Below are positions 24,255 to 35,282 of a DNA stretch of 64,000 nucleotides, piece by piece. The translations under genes and the position numbers were made by a program. The stretch's first letter is position 1. Each line of letters starts with the position of its first letter. The stretch spans positions 72,974,001 to 73,038,000 of the forward strand of contig NC_043006.1 in the NCBI RefSeq assembly GCF_006345805.1, in the 5' to 3' direction. This stretch comes from Octopus sinensis (Eukaryota). The notes below the pieces were generated by a model. The model saw only the letters and a program-made list of their open reading frames with translations. It was not told the DNA's origin and did no database searches.

Positions 24255-26225
24255 CATCATCATCATCATCATCATCGTTTAGCGTCCGCTTTCCATGCTA
24301 GCATGGGTTGGACGGTTCTACTGGGGTCTGTGAAGGCTTCATCAGGCCCAGTCAAATCTGGCAGTGTTTCTACGGCTGGATGCCCTTCCTAACGCCAACC
24401 ACTCCGTGAGTGTAGTGGGTGCTTTTTACGTGCCACCTGCACTGGTGCCAGACAGAGCTGGCAAACGGCCACGAACGGATGGTGCTTTTTATGTGCCACC
24501 GACACGAGGGCCAGGCGAGGCTGGCAACGGACACGAAACGGGGCGGTGCTGGCAACGGTCGCGAAACGGAAGGTTCTCTTACATGCCACCGGCACTGGTA
24601 ACACATCTGCAATTTCCATTGATCGATTTCCATTGATCGATTTCGATTCTGATCCTCACTTGCCTCAACGGGTCTTCACAAGTAGAGTTTCGACATGCCA
24701 CCGGCACTGGTAACACACCTCAATTTCCATTGATCGATTTCGATTCTGATCCTCACTTGCCTCAACACGTCTTCACAAGTAGAGTTTTGTGTCCCAAGAA
24801 GGGAAGGTATGCATATGTAGGCTGGCTCCATCCCATGTAGAAGGCCACGGGTTATGGACTCACTTGTCCTGCCGGGTCTTCTCGCGCACAGCACACTTCC
24901 AGAGGTCTCGGTCTCTAGTCATTTCCTCAGTGAGACCTAAAGTTCGAAGGTCGTGCTTCACCACCTCGTCCCAGGTTTTCCTGGGTCTGCCTCTTCCACA
25001 GGTTCCCTCAACCGCTAGGGTGTGGCACTTTTTCACACAACTATCTTCATCCATTTTGCCACATGACCATACCAGCGCAAACGTCTCTCTTGCACACCAC
25101 AACTGATGCTTCTTAGGTCCAGCTTTTCTCTCAAGGTACTTACACTCTGCCGAGTGTGAATACCGACATTACACATCCATCGGAGCAGCTATGGCTTCAT
25201 TCTTGCGAGCTTACGCATATCCTCAGCAGTCACGGCCCATGTTTCACTGCCATGCATGTAGCATGGCTGTTCGTACACACGCATCATACAGTCTGCCTTT
25301 CACTCTGTGCGAGAGGCCTTTTGTCACCAGCAGAGGTAGAGTCTCTCTGAACTTTGCCAAGCTATTCTTACTCTAGCAGTTACACTTTCAGCACACCCGC
25401 CCCCCGCTGCTGACTTGGTCACCTAGGTAACGGAAACTATCAACTATTCTAGTTTTTCTCCCTGGAAAGTGACGGAAGTTGGTCTCAGAGCATTTTCAGT
25501 GTTTATTGTTCCTGAGCATCTGCCACATACAAAAACCATCTTCCTAGTTAGCCTTCTTTGACATTGCTGCATCTCTTATGTGTCCATAGCTTACACTTGG
25601 TGCATCTATAGAGTTCTACCTACACCTTTTCTACAGATCGAGCAGGGCCATCTACCTGAAGGCGTTTGTGATTTGTCTACCTTCCTACTGATTACGACTT
25701 TGGTTTTAGCTAGATTGACTCTGAGGCCCTTCGATTCTAATCCTTGTTTCCACACCTGAAACTTCTCCTCCAGTTCTGATAGCGACTCAGCAATTAGAGC
25801 AAGGTCATCAGCATAGAGGAGCTCCAGGGCATCCGTCTTGAATTCCTCCGTTATTGCCTGGAGGACTATGATAAAAGGAGGGGGCTGAGTACTGAGCCTT
25901 GGTGGACCGCTACCTCTACCCGGAATTCTTCACTGTACTCATTTCCAACCCTCACCCTACTAGCAGCGTCCCTATACATGGCCCGCACAGCTCTCACTAA
26001 CCATTCATCTATCCCTAGTTTCCTCATTGCCCACCAGATAAGGGATCGGGGGACCCTGTCAAAGCTTTCTCCATGTCAACAAAAGCCATGTACAGGAGCT
26101 TATCTTTGGCTAGGTATTTCTCCTGCAGCTGCCTTACCAGGAATATAGCATCAGTAGTACTTTTCCCTGGCACAAACCCAAACTGCATCTCATCTAAACT
26201 AACTCTCTATTAATTTGCTTTTAGG
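24255..26225 (-). mobile_element. 5'-truncated RTE-clade LINE (RT C-terminal half, 3' UTR and (GAT)n tail)
   Basis: Minus strand: DEMQFGFVPGKS, YMAFVDMEKA, HQGSVLSPLL, LLYADDLALIA, GSETWAVT, EGTCGRGRPRKTW; frameshifted. Confidence 0.93.
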
Positions 26226-26360
26226 TTTTAATTGCTAATGGCCACCTATATTATAATATATTATATTATATTACATATATATAATATATATATAGATATA
26301 TATATATATATATATATATAAATCATACACATACACACACACACACACCCATATATATAT

Positions 26361-26677
26361 GTGAAGGTGCATGGCTCAGTGGTTTGAGCATCAAGCTTAT
26401 GATCGTGAGGTTGTGAGTTCAAATCCCGGACCGGGCTGCATGTTGTGTTCTTGAGCAAGACACTTTATTTCACGTTGCTCCAGTTCACTCAGCTGTAGAA
26501 ATGAGTTGCGACGTCACAGGTGCCAAGCTGTATTGGCTTTTGTCTTCCCTTGGATAATACTGGTGGCGTGAAGAGGGGAGGTCGGTGTGCATGGGCGACT
26601 GCTGGTCTTCCATAAAAAAAACAACCTTGCCCAGACTTTCTAGGTGCAATCCCATGGTCAGTCATGACCAAAGGGTC
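26361..26677 (+). mobile_element. SINE-D: tRNA head with CORE-like central domain
   Basis: TGGCTCAGTGG A box, GAGTTCAAATCC B box; TGTGTTCTTGAGCAAGACACTTTATTTCAC..CAGCTGTAGAAATG resembles the MIR/CORE domain; relatives at 38996-39250 and 62271-62605. Confidence 0.75.
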
Positions 26678-26689
26678 ATATATATACAT

Positions 26690-26986
26690 ATATATTCATA
26701 TATATATTTATTGATAGAAACGGTAAGACAATAAAAGAATGAAAGAGACCTCGATATTATGTAAATAGTGGAATTTATCTGTAAATGTAATATGCGACAA
26801 TTATTCAGAAGCCATGATAAAATCCGAGTTTTGGATGTTGGGGTGGAAATCCACACCGCCATCTCTTCAGTTATCCAGCCATTTTTCTGATGGCCAGATA
26901 ACTGAAGAGATGGCAGTGTGGATTTCCACCCCGACATCCGAAACTCGGAGTTTTATCATGGCTTCCGAATAATTGTCACTATTACA

Positions 26987-26992
<6 letters not shown>
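26690..26992. mobile_element. Penelope-like inverted terminal repeat (palindrome 26780-26992) with hammerhead motifs
   Basis: ~103-bp inverted arms, 7-nt loop; GATAA-CTGAAGA...GAAACTC-G-GAGT-T-TTATC at 26897-26957. Confidence 0.75.
26897..26957 (+). ncRNA. Candidate minimal type I hammerhead ribozyme, core intact
   Basis: Stem I GATAA/TTATC, CUGAAGA, stem II GATG/CATC with one extra C, GAAA, stem III ACTC/GAGT with 1-nt loop, cleavage triplet GUU. Confidence 0.6.
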
Positions 26993-27017
<25 letters not shown>

Positions 27018-27040
27018 ATATATATATACTTTTTTAAGCA

Positions 27041-27256
27041 GCAGCAGAAAATTCAACAAAACCTGTTACTCTGATGGTTTCACGTTCCCTTCGTCAGACA
27101 GTTTTTTCTAGCAAAAACTGTCCGACGAACGGGAACGTGAAACTCAGAGTAACAGGTTTTGTTGAATTTTCTGCTGCTTTAAATAAAGCATATTACTCTA
27201 CCACTGGTATTTGAGTACTCTTTTTCCTACCTTGTTTCACATTTATGTGTTTACTT
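27041..27256. mobile_element. Second Penelope-like inverted terminal repeat (palindrome 27041-27177) with hammerhead motifs
   Basis: ~66-bp arms around TCTAGC; CTGT-CCGACGA-ACG-GGAA-CGT-GAAA-CTC-A-GAG-T-A-ACAG at 27118-27155. Confidence 0.75.
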
Positions 27257-28499
27257 CAGTATATATATCATCATCATTTAGCATTCATTTTTCATGCTGG
27301 CATGGGTTAGATGGTCTGACTGTAACTGGTAAGCCGGAGAGCTGTTCCAGTTTCTATAGCTGGATGCTTGTCCTAATGCCAACCACTCCAAGAATGTACT
27401 GGGTGTCTCTTACATATCACTGGCACGTGTATCTGTTATGTGTCATTGGCACTGGGCATGACTATGATTTCACTTGGCCTACACGTACACACACACACAC
27501 ACACACACACCTACACATACACAAACACACACAATGTAGCAGTTAAGGTTAAATTTGACCTGAAATTATTTTATTTCATTTTTGTTAAAATTCTCTGGTG
27601 AGCTAATCCTTGTATAGAAATGTGCTTGAGCATATATCATAGCTTGGTGAAACTTTTCTTCGGTTAGTAAAGAAAAACAAAAATAATAAAAGAATCTAAT
27701 AAAACTTGCCAAGCCAAGAATGAATGAATGTATCTATGTATGTATGTGTGTGTGTGTGTGTGTGCATTTCTACGCTTAGATAAACAGATAGAAAAACCAC
27801 CCACATATCCGTTTATATGTATACCTATATATGCATATATTTGTGTGTGTTTCTGTTCATGGAAGTGCACACACAGACACATGCACACAGCTCTCTTCAC
27901 ACTCAAATATATTATAATCTACATGGCTTATCTCTTGCGGAATATAATTAGGAGCAGTCAAGTTATGTTTGAATACACACACATACACACACACTCACAC
28001 AGAAAATAGTCAGTGATTTATAATTATAAAGTCTAAAGCAATTGAAGGAACATTGTGTATGTATGCTTAAGAAATGCATAACAAGCATAAACATGCTCAA
28101 TTTCGTCTTTGTATTAATACTGTAGCATCTCAGATTCTCACTACGATGATGATGATGATGATGACGATTGCAGTGGTGAACGTGTTTATAATGATAATAG
28201 TAACTATGTTTTTGTTATTGTTGTTGGTGGTGTTGTATAACCACAGGTCAGTCCTCATTAACCCATAGACTATATTATTTCATGTGTTCTCTTTAATTTT
28301 TTCTTCTTAAGACAGGGTTGTGTGATTTAAGGTGGTGGACTGGCAAAATAATGGACAAAATACTTTGCTGTATTTAATTACATATTTTTACAATCTAGGT
28401 TCAAATCCTACAAGGCTCAACTTTTAAGGTGGTGAATTGGCAGAGACATTAAGTGTTGGATAAAATGCCTTGTGGTCGTCTTTCAAGCTCTCTGTGTTC

Positions 28500-29045
28500 T
28501 GAGTTCAAATCATAGCCGTGCTATGACCTTTGGAGATATGCTGTGCTTGAGAAGATCTGGCAAGCCAAGTGGGACTGTAACCATGGGCTATGCCAGTGCA
28601 GCATAACCAGCCCATTTAAGAATACCTGTCAATCATTGGGCAATAAACTGCGCTTGCGAAGACCTTTTGTGGGCAAGTGAAGTCATTGTCATGGCTGATA
28701 ACAGTACTGCCTGATTGGCACCCATGCCAGTGGCATGTAAAAAGCACCACTCGAGCGTGGTTGATGCCAGTCCTGCCTGACTGGTCCTGTGCCAGTGGCA
28801 TGTAAAAAGCACCATTCAAACATCATCGATGCCAGTACCGCTGGACTGGCTCCTGTGCTGGTGACACGTAAAAAGTACGCACTGTACTCTTGGAGTGGTT
28901 GGCGTTACAAAGGGCATCAAGCTGTAGAAACATTGTTAGATCAGATTGGAGCTTGGTACAGCCTTCTGGCTTGCCGGCCCTCAGTCAAAGCGTCCAACCC
29001 ATGCCAGTATAAAAAGCAGACGTTATACGACAATGATAATGATAC
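28500..29045 (+). mobile_element. RTE 3'-tail repeat (family C), sense orientation
   Basis: GCCAGTGGCATGTAAAAAGCACC units, then GAGTGGTTGGCGTTACAAAGGGCATC..CCAACCCATGCCAG. Confidence 0.8.
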
Positions 29046-29074
29046 ATATATACATTCAAAATGTGACCGCGTGT

Positions 29075-29245
29075 GTACCGTTGGCGAATTTTTTTCCTCT
29101 GTCTTCCCTTCTCCTATGTTTCCGACAAAGAGTTCTGCTCGAAACGTTAAACCCTCCTTCTTTCCTGAGCGTCTAATAATACTATATTTGTTCCACGACC
29201 TCGTGTTGTTGTGTTTTTTTGTGCTTTCTTGTTTGGATTAACTAT
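29075..29245 (+). mobile_element. Penelope-like terminal fragment with decayed hammerhead; partial paralogue at ~20755-20855
   Basis: GTTT-CCGACAA-A-GAGT-TCT-GCTC-GAAAC-GT-T-AAAC at 29118-29152; the downstream part recurs near 20760. Confidence 0.6.
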
Positions 29246-30069
29246 ACATATATACATATGTACATATATATACATACATACACACACACATATATATATA
29301 TATATATACACACACACATACATATATACATACATATACCTATATGAAGGGCTTTCAGTTTCTGTCTGCCAAATCCTCTCCCAAATTGCAGCACGGAGGG
29401 ACTGAACCATGAATCATGTGGTTTGGAAGTAAACTTCTTACCACATAACTATGCCTGCATCCTGTATAAAGATTATCTGCAGGTCAGTTCTAATTTACTT
29501 AATTATTAATTAAACATGATATTCTATATGATTCTTTCCTTTAGAAATTAAAATTTTAAATTAGCAAGTAACCCAAATTGTAAAGACAAAACTAGCAGCA
29601 TAACAATCCTGTAAAAAGTGTAATAGGCTATTTCTGTTTGTAGATTGATTTCGCAATCCTGGGGCATTGTATTTGTGCCAGTGTTAATAGTGATAACTGC
29701 ACTGATGGTTGTGACCGTTATGGCACGTTCACCATTGATAGTGATGATACGTTAATCTTATTCCATGAAATTATAATTTAACAAATTCTAATTCAAGACA
29801 GGTTTTAGCATGTTCTCTTAGCACGAAGGAAAACACTAATGAAATCTTTATCCTTGGAACATATTATAATGTGTGTTTTGTGCTGAGCCCTGGGAGAGTT
29901 CGTTAGACTGAGCTGAAAGCAGAAGTAGTAAGTTATACTGTTTTCTAGGACTGAATGTTACAATTTTATTTAAATTTTAATTTGGGTTAATTTAAGTACA
30001 GCCAACCATCACTTGGGAATGAGTATGGCTTGGTAACATGTATCAAGCTTTTGCTTACTGTTCATGAAA

Positions 30070-30718
30070 TGTCAAATAGGTGTATGAAGTATAAGGCATC
30101 AGATAGGAGTATGGAATGCATGCATTAAGCATGAGGTATTAAAAAAAAAGTGTGGAATATATGTACCATATATGAGGCATCAAATAGCATGGAATGTATG
30201 CTCCAAGTATGATGCATAAGAAAGGAGTGTAGAATGTATGCACAAAGCATAATGCATCAAATAGGAACATGGAATATATGCATCAAATAGGAGTATGGGA
30301 TATAAGCACCAAGCATGAAGCATTAAATAGGATTGTGGAATATATGCACCAAGCATCAAATAGCATGGAATATATGCACCAAGCATAAGGCATCAAATTG
30401 GCACATGGAATGTATGCATCAAACATAAGGCATCAAATAGGAGTGTGGAATGTATGCACAAAGCATAAGGCATCAAATAGGAGCATGGAATATATGCACA
30501 AAGCATAAAGCATCAAATAGGAGCATGGAATATATGCATAAGGCATCAAATTGGTACATGGAATGTATGCACCAAGCACGAGGCATCAAATAGGAGTGTG
30601 AAATAAATGCATCATATATGAGGCATCAAAGAGAAGCAAAATAAGGTGGAATGTATGCTCTGTGTATGAAACATCAAATAGGGATGTGGAATGTATGCAC
30701 AGAAGCATCAAATTCAAC
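30070..30718 (+). repeat. ~40-bp minisatellite, about 15-16 diverged units
   Basis: Unit approximately GGAATGTATGCACAAAGCATAAGGCATCAAATAGGAGTGT. Confidence 0.92.
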
Positions 30719-30800
30719 TCAAGAATTGAAAGAAATGAAGAGGTACCACCTGGACATTCTTGGAGTCAGCACTTGCTGTTGGACAGGATCTGGATGAAAT
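30690..30800 (+). pseudogene. RTE LINE APE-endonuclease N-terminal fragment
   Basis: Reads ELKEMKRYHLDILGVSTCCWTGSG*, matching the EMRRYNLDILGISE.RWTGSG pattern of RTE endonucleases. Confidence 0.75.
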
Positions 30801-31487
30801 ATTTTTGTTTAACTTCAGCTCAACCAGATGGAGGAGATCTGTAATTACAGGCATTCAAGTATTGACCATTCCAACATTTTCTTTGGCACAATGCATCCAG
30901 AATCACATTAGCCAAGGTAACCTTTTTAGTTGATTTTTTTAAAGTGAAACAATGTGATTTGAGGGAAAATTGACTGCTATTTCTAGCAGGTTGAGTGACT
31001 ACATAGACTACATCATTAGCAAAATATTTTGCGTAACTATTATCAGTGTTTTATTACAGTATGGAGGTCAAATTCTTCTCTGTAGATCATTCAAAAACCA
31101 AGTAGTATTTCTTATAGTGAAGTAATTACCAGCATGATGCAATGAGCTCCAGTTATTGTATTTCCTGGTGTTGAGGACAGCCTGACCTTGAAGATGCACT
31201 CCAGTTTTAGCCACTTCCATATACTTTAACAAAATGTTTTGTAAATGACTTAGATATACATCCGGCTAATCACTTGTAGTTTACACTTTTTATCTTTTAC
31301 AGTGTAGAGACACAAGATTAGTATAAATAAACCTTCATCAATGTCTTGTGAAAACTGTAACCTTTATTCATTAAGATGCCAAATAAATATTTGAGACTTA
31401 TTTTAAGAAAAAAAAAATATATATAATTACTGCCGACTTCTAGTGGAGCTTCTGGGCATCTAAATATATTCATTACCTGATAGCTCT

Positions 31488-31720
31488 ATCTTATTTCTTT
31501 ATTGCCCACAAGGGGCTAAACATAGAGGGGACTAACAAGGACAGACAAGTGGATTAAGTCGATTACATTGACCCCAGTGCATAACTGGTACTTAATTTAT
31601 CAACCCCGAAAGGATGAAAGGCAAAGTCAATCTGGGCGGAATTTGAACTCAGAACGTAACAGCAGACAAAATATTGCTAAGCATTTTGCCTGGTATGCTA
31701 ACGTTTCTACCAGCTTGCCG
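31488..31720 (-). mobile_element. SINE-B, full length, with target-site duplication
   Basis: CCTGATAGCTCT at 31476-31487 and 31721-31732. Confidence 0.9.
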
Positions 31721-32207
31721 CCTGATAGCTCTGTCTGGTAAGTAACTACTCCTGAATACATGCAACATAGAGTCAGTTTCGTTTCTGTCAGCCAGCCATT
31801 GAGTCTCATTACATCTCATGAGCACTCTAGATTACATTGGACACATTGGAAATATAGCAAATGAGATGACATCCATATACAGGAGAGGTATATGGCTATC
31901 ATCACTTCACTAAACCATGCAGAGGCAAGGGTAATAACTCAGATTTAAGGAGAAAAACTTATTTTTAAATGAATTGATATACAGAGATCTTATTAATTAA
32001 AACTGCAAATGGAGAATGTGGAGAGAAGGGTAGTCAGACATCTAGCAGACACTGTGACAAGTTCAAATGTGTTTCAGTTATATATATAGACTTGAAATGT
32101 CAAAAACTTTTCCATTCTTCCTGAGGGTCAAACTAATACCCCTGCTTGTTGTTTCCTCACCTGTCTTTGTCTTTAGTTTTCTGTACATTTGAAGTATATA
32201 TTTACAT

Positions 32208-32968
32208 ACAGGGTATTTAGGCCAATTTTGGGAGTTTGCATAAAAGGGAAAGAAAATATCCTATCCAAAAAAAAAAAAAATATCAACTAGATCATGGCCA
32301 GGAGATAACACTTTTTTCAAAGTAGCCCCTCCCCCCAGTTTCCACTACAGCCTCTAGATAACTCTGGAACCCAGCTCATACATTCCTCAATGTGTCTCTG
32401 GGAAGATCTTTGAACTGATTCTGGCAGAAATCTTTTTCATTTGAGAAGAACCAGATCATCTCCGACTCAACAGAATGCCTGTTTGTTCAGGAGCTTCTTT
32501 GCCTTTGTCAAGAGGTTCCCCCTGGCTTTGTGCTTCTTGTAGGAGTGGTAGCAGAGGTCTTCATTCAGGAAACTCCAATACCCATCTCTGTCACCAAAGT
32601 CTGGATTCCCTTGTTCAGATCTTCCATCACATTGCCTAGCAATTATTGGATGAGTTCCAGTGTCCAGATGATGTCAGAACACCCACTGTGTCCCTTCCTG
32701 CTTCACAATTTGTTGCAGCTGCCCACGTCATAAGCCTTTATAGTGTTCACAGGTCATTGAGCAGTAGTCATGATACTGCTATTTTCATACCTGGCCTAGA
32801 TTATCATGATACAAGTAAAGCCGTTTCCAGATGGCTTCTAATCCTCCACTTTTTCTCAACCACAACTTCAATCTTTATGCTCTTCAATACCACTGATTGT
32901 TCACCCATACATCTAGCTGTTCCTGAAAAAAGGGTGGGGAAAAAAACCATGAAATTTAGCCCAAACAC
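32208..32968 (-). mobile_element. Internally deleted Tc1/mariner-superfamily remnant (maT/DD37D-like)
   Basis: Minus strand fragments NEDLCYHSYK, LTKAKKLLNK, MIWFFSNEKDFCQ (FFSDEK motif), RLEAVVE-like end; imperfect TIRs GGGTATTTAGGCCAATTT / AAATTTAGCCCAAACAC. Confidence 0.65.
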
Positions 32969-33029
32969 TATGTGTGTATCTGTGTTTATGCTTGTCCCCC
33001 ACAACTTCTTGACAAATGGTGTTGGTTTT

Positions 33030-33410
33030 TCTTTTACTTATTTCAGTCATTTGACTGTGGCCATGCTGGAGCACCATCTTTAGTCGAGCAAATCAACCCC
33101 AGGACTTATTCTTTGTAATCCTAGTACTTATTCTATCATTCTCTTTTGCTGAACCGCTAAGTTACAACACCTCAGCATTGGTTGTCAAACGATGTTGGAG
33201 GGACAAACACACACACACAAGCATATACACACATATATATACTTATATACGATAGGCTTCTTTCAGTTTCTGTCAACCAAATCCACTCACAAGGCTTTGG
33301 TCGGCCCGAGGCTATAGTAGAAGACACTTGCCCAAGGTGCCACACAGTGGGATTGAACCCGGAACCATGTGGTTCGTAAGCAAGTAACTTACCACACAGC
33401 CACTCCTACT
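33030..33410 (-). mobile_element. SINE-A, full length
   Basis: Reverse complement of the SINE-A consensus; other copies at 38323-38700(+), 47135-47460(+), 48335-48727(-), 55750-56100(+), 60035-60489(-), 61030-61415(-), 61605-61860(-), 63285-63750(-). Confidence 0.9.
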
Positions 33411-33916
33411 CCTACGTTTGTTTGCATTCCCACAACTTAGCAGTCTGGTACTGTCTGTATTGGTGTCTTTGGCTGAACTGCTAAGTTACAGGGGCTTAAA
33501 CAAACTAGTATTGGTTGTCAAGCGCTGGAGAGGGGAACAAACACAAAAACACACACATACATACATGAATGCAACGCTTTAATAATACAGGGAAGATATG
33601 TATTCATGTTAACATTCAGAAACTGAACCAAAAACAGATAACTCATGCCATCATATACATTTTTTTCTTCATTAAGAAATAGTAACAACACAAACAGTAA
33701 GAAAAATATAAATAACAACACAAAAACACTGGTTTCTTGATGTTTTCTTTTTTTTTTTTAATCTGTCAATCAAAAATACAGTGGAAGATGTTAATAAACT
33801 CATCCCAAGAAATAATTACATATCATCATTAGATATAATTATTTTTTTGTTTGTTTTTAGGTATAGTCCAAATTAAGGAGAAAAATTTATTATCAGAGAA
33901 CTTGTTTTATTATATT

Positions 33917-33955
<39 letters not shown>

Positions 33956-34639
33956 ATTTTTTTGTTGTTTTTATTTATATATATATTCACAAAGATCACA
34001 GGATTTGAGACTAAGCTTGGGACTCACATCACAGCATTTGTGATGTCACATGTAGAAACAGTTTTATGACAGACTCATTTTGCGCACAATGTATGTATGC
34101 AAATATACACAGTTGCATACATATATACATTATATATTTATATATATAAATTTTTATATCTATATAAATATACATTATACATACATAATGTACATCATAA
34201 ACATTTTTATATTTATATATATAAATTTTATATCTATGTATATATACATTATATCTATCTATATTTATAGATGTGTAAAATGCATGTAAATATATATATG
34301 TATATATATATATACACATACACTAAATGCTGTTCTTATTTTGCACATTGTAGAAACAGCTTATGCAAAGAATGCATTTTCAAATAGTTAAGTGGCTATC
34401 CTTCCTTAGTAAATCTCTCTCTTGTTAGATAGCCGAGTTACTTGACTTTTCATGACCAGAGGTATCCAGCAATGGGTGATCAACCCCATTGACCTGACTT
34501 TTATATGGAGACCAGTGGGATATAACTTCTCTGGTCGCACCGGCTGCATTTCCACAGGAAGTGTGGAACTCAGCACTGCAGGCTAATGAACCACTTGTTA
34601 GCTTTACAGTGCTCTGTATGTGTGTGCTGGTTACAGCAG

Positions 34640-34750
34640 CAAGACGTTCCTACCCTGTGGTACCTATTAACAGTTAGGTGGACTGAGCCATTTGTGAGTA
34701 AAGTGTCTTTGGCCACAGACACAATATATCACCAGTATATGAGCCAAGAT
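34640..34750 (+). mobile_element. L2/CR1-like 3' tail fragment
   Basis: GGTACCTATTAACAGTTAGGTGGACTGAG..GTAAAGTGTCTT..CACAGACACAA resembles L2 tails. Confidence 0.4.
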
Positions 34751-35078
34751 ATAAAATACTGACCTCCCACTCCAACATCTCAGATGTATGTATTGTATTC
34801 TATCATCTTGGTCATCTGTGCTTCTCAACTGGCTGTATACATGTATTTATGTAATAACAAAACTAAAATTCCACCTTTAACTTCTGGTAGCAGTGTTACC
34901 AGTGTATAATTTCTTGTGTTTTATTCTTAATCCATGGTAAGGAAAAGATTTTTTAAAACCAGTACAAAAATCTTTAGGATCACTTCAGTGTCCGAAATAG
35001 CCTAATGGTTTGAAAAAACAAATGTTTATAGGCTAAAGAAGTTTAATCACATTAAGGGCATATATATAATTAATTATA

Positions 35079-35282
35079 CGAGGGGGGTGTTGAAAAGTTT
35101 CTGGCTTTGAGTAAAAGAAAATACAGGAGGATTAGTGAATTATTCCCCCCTCAGGTTCACACACTTATTGCAGCGGTCCCTCAGTTTTTCTAAGCCCCGT
35201 AAAAAGAACTTGGAAGGTTGGGCCTCTAACGAGGCCTTTTGTGATACCCTTAAAGCCAAGAACTTTACAGTAACCCCTCATG
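35079..35282. mobile_element. mariner-type MITE
   Basis: TA-CGAGGGGGGTGTTGAAAAGTTTCTGGCTTT ... AAAGCCAAGAACTTTACAGTAACCCCTCATG-TA. Confidence 0.75.

Noticed and set aside
30070-30718. CRISPR-like array
   Set aside because: The units are contiguous diverged repeats without unique spacers, in a eukaryotic context.
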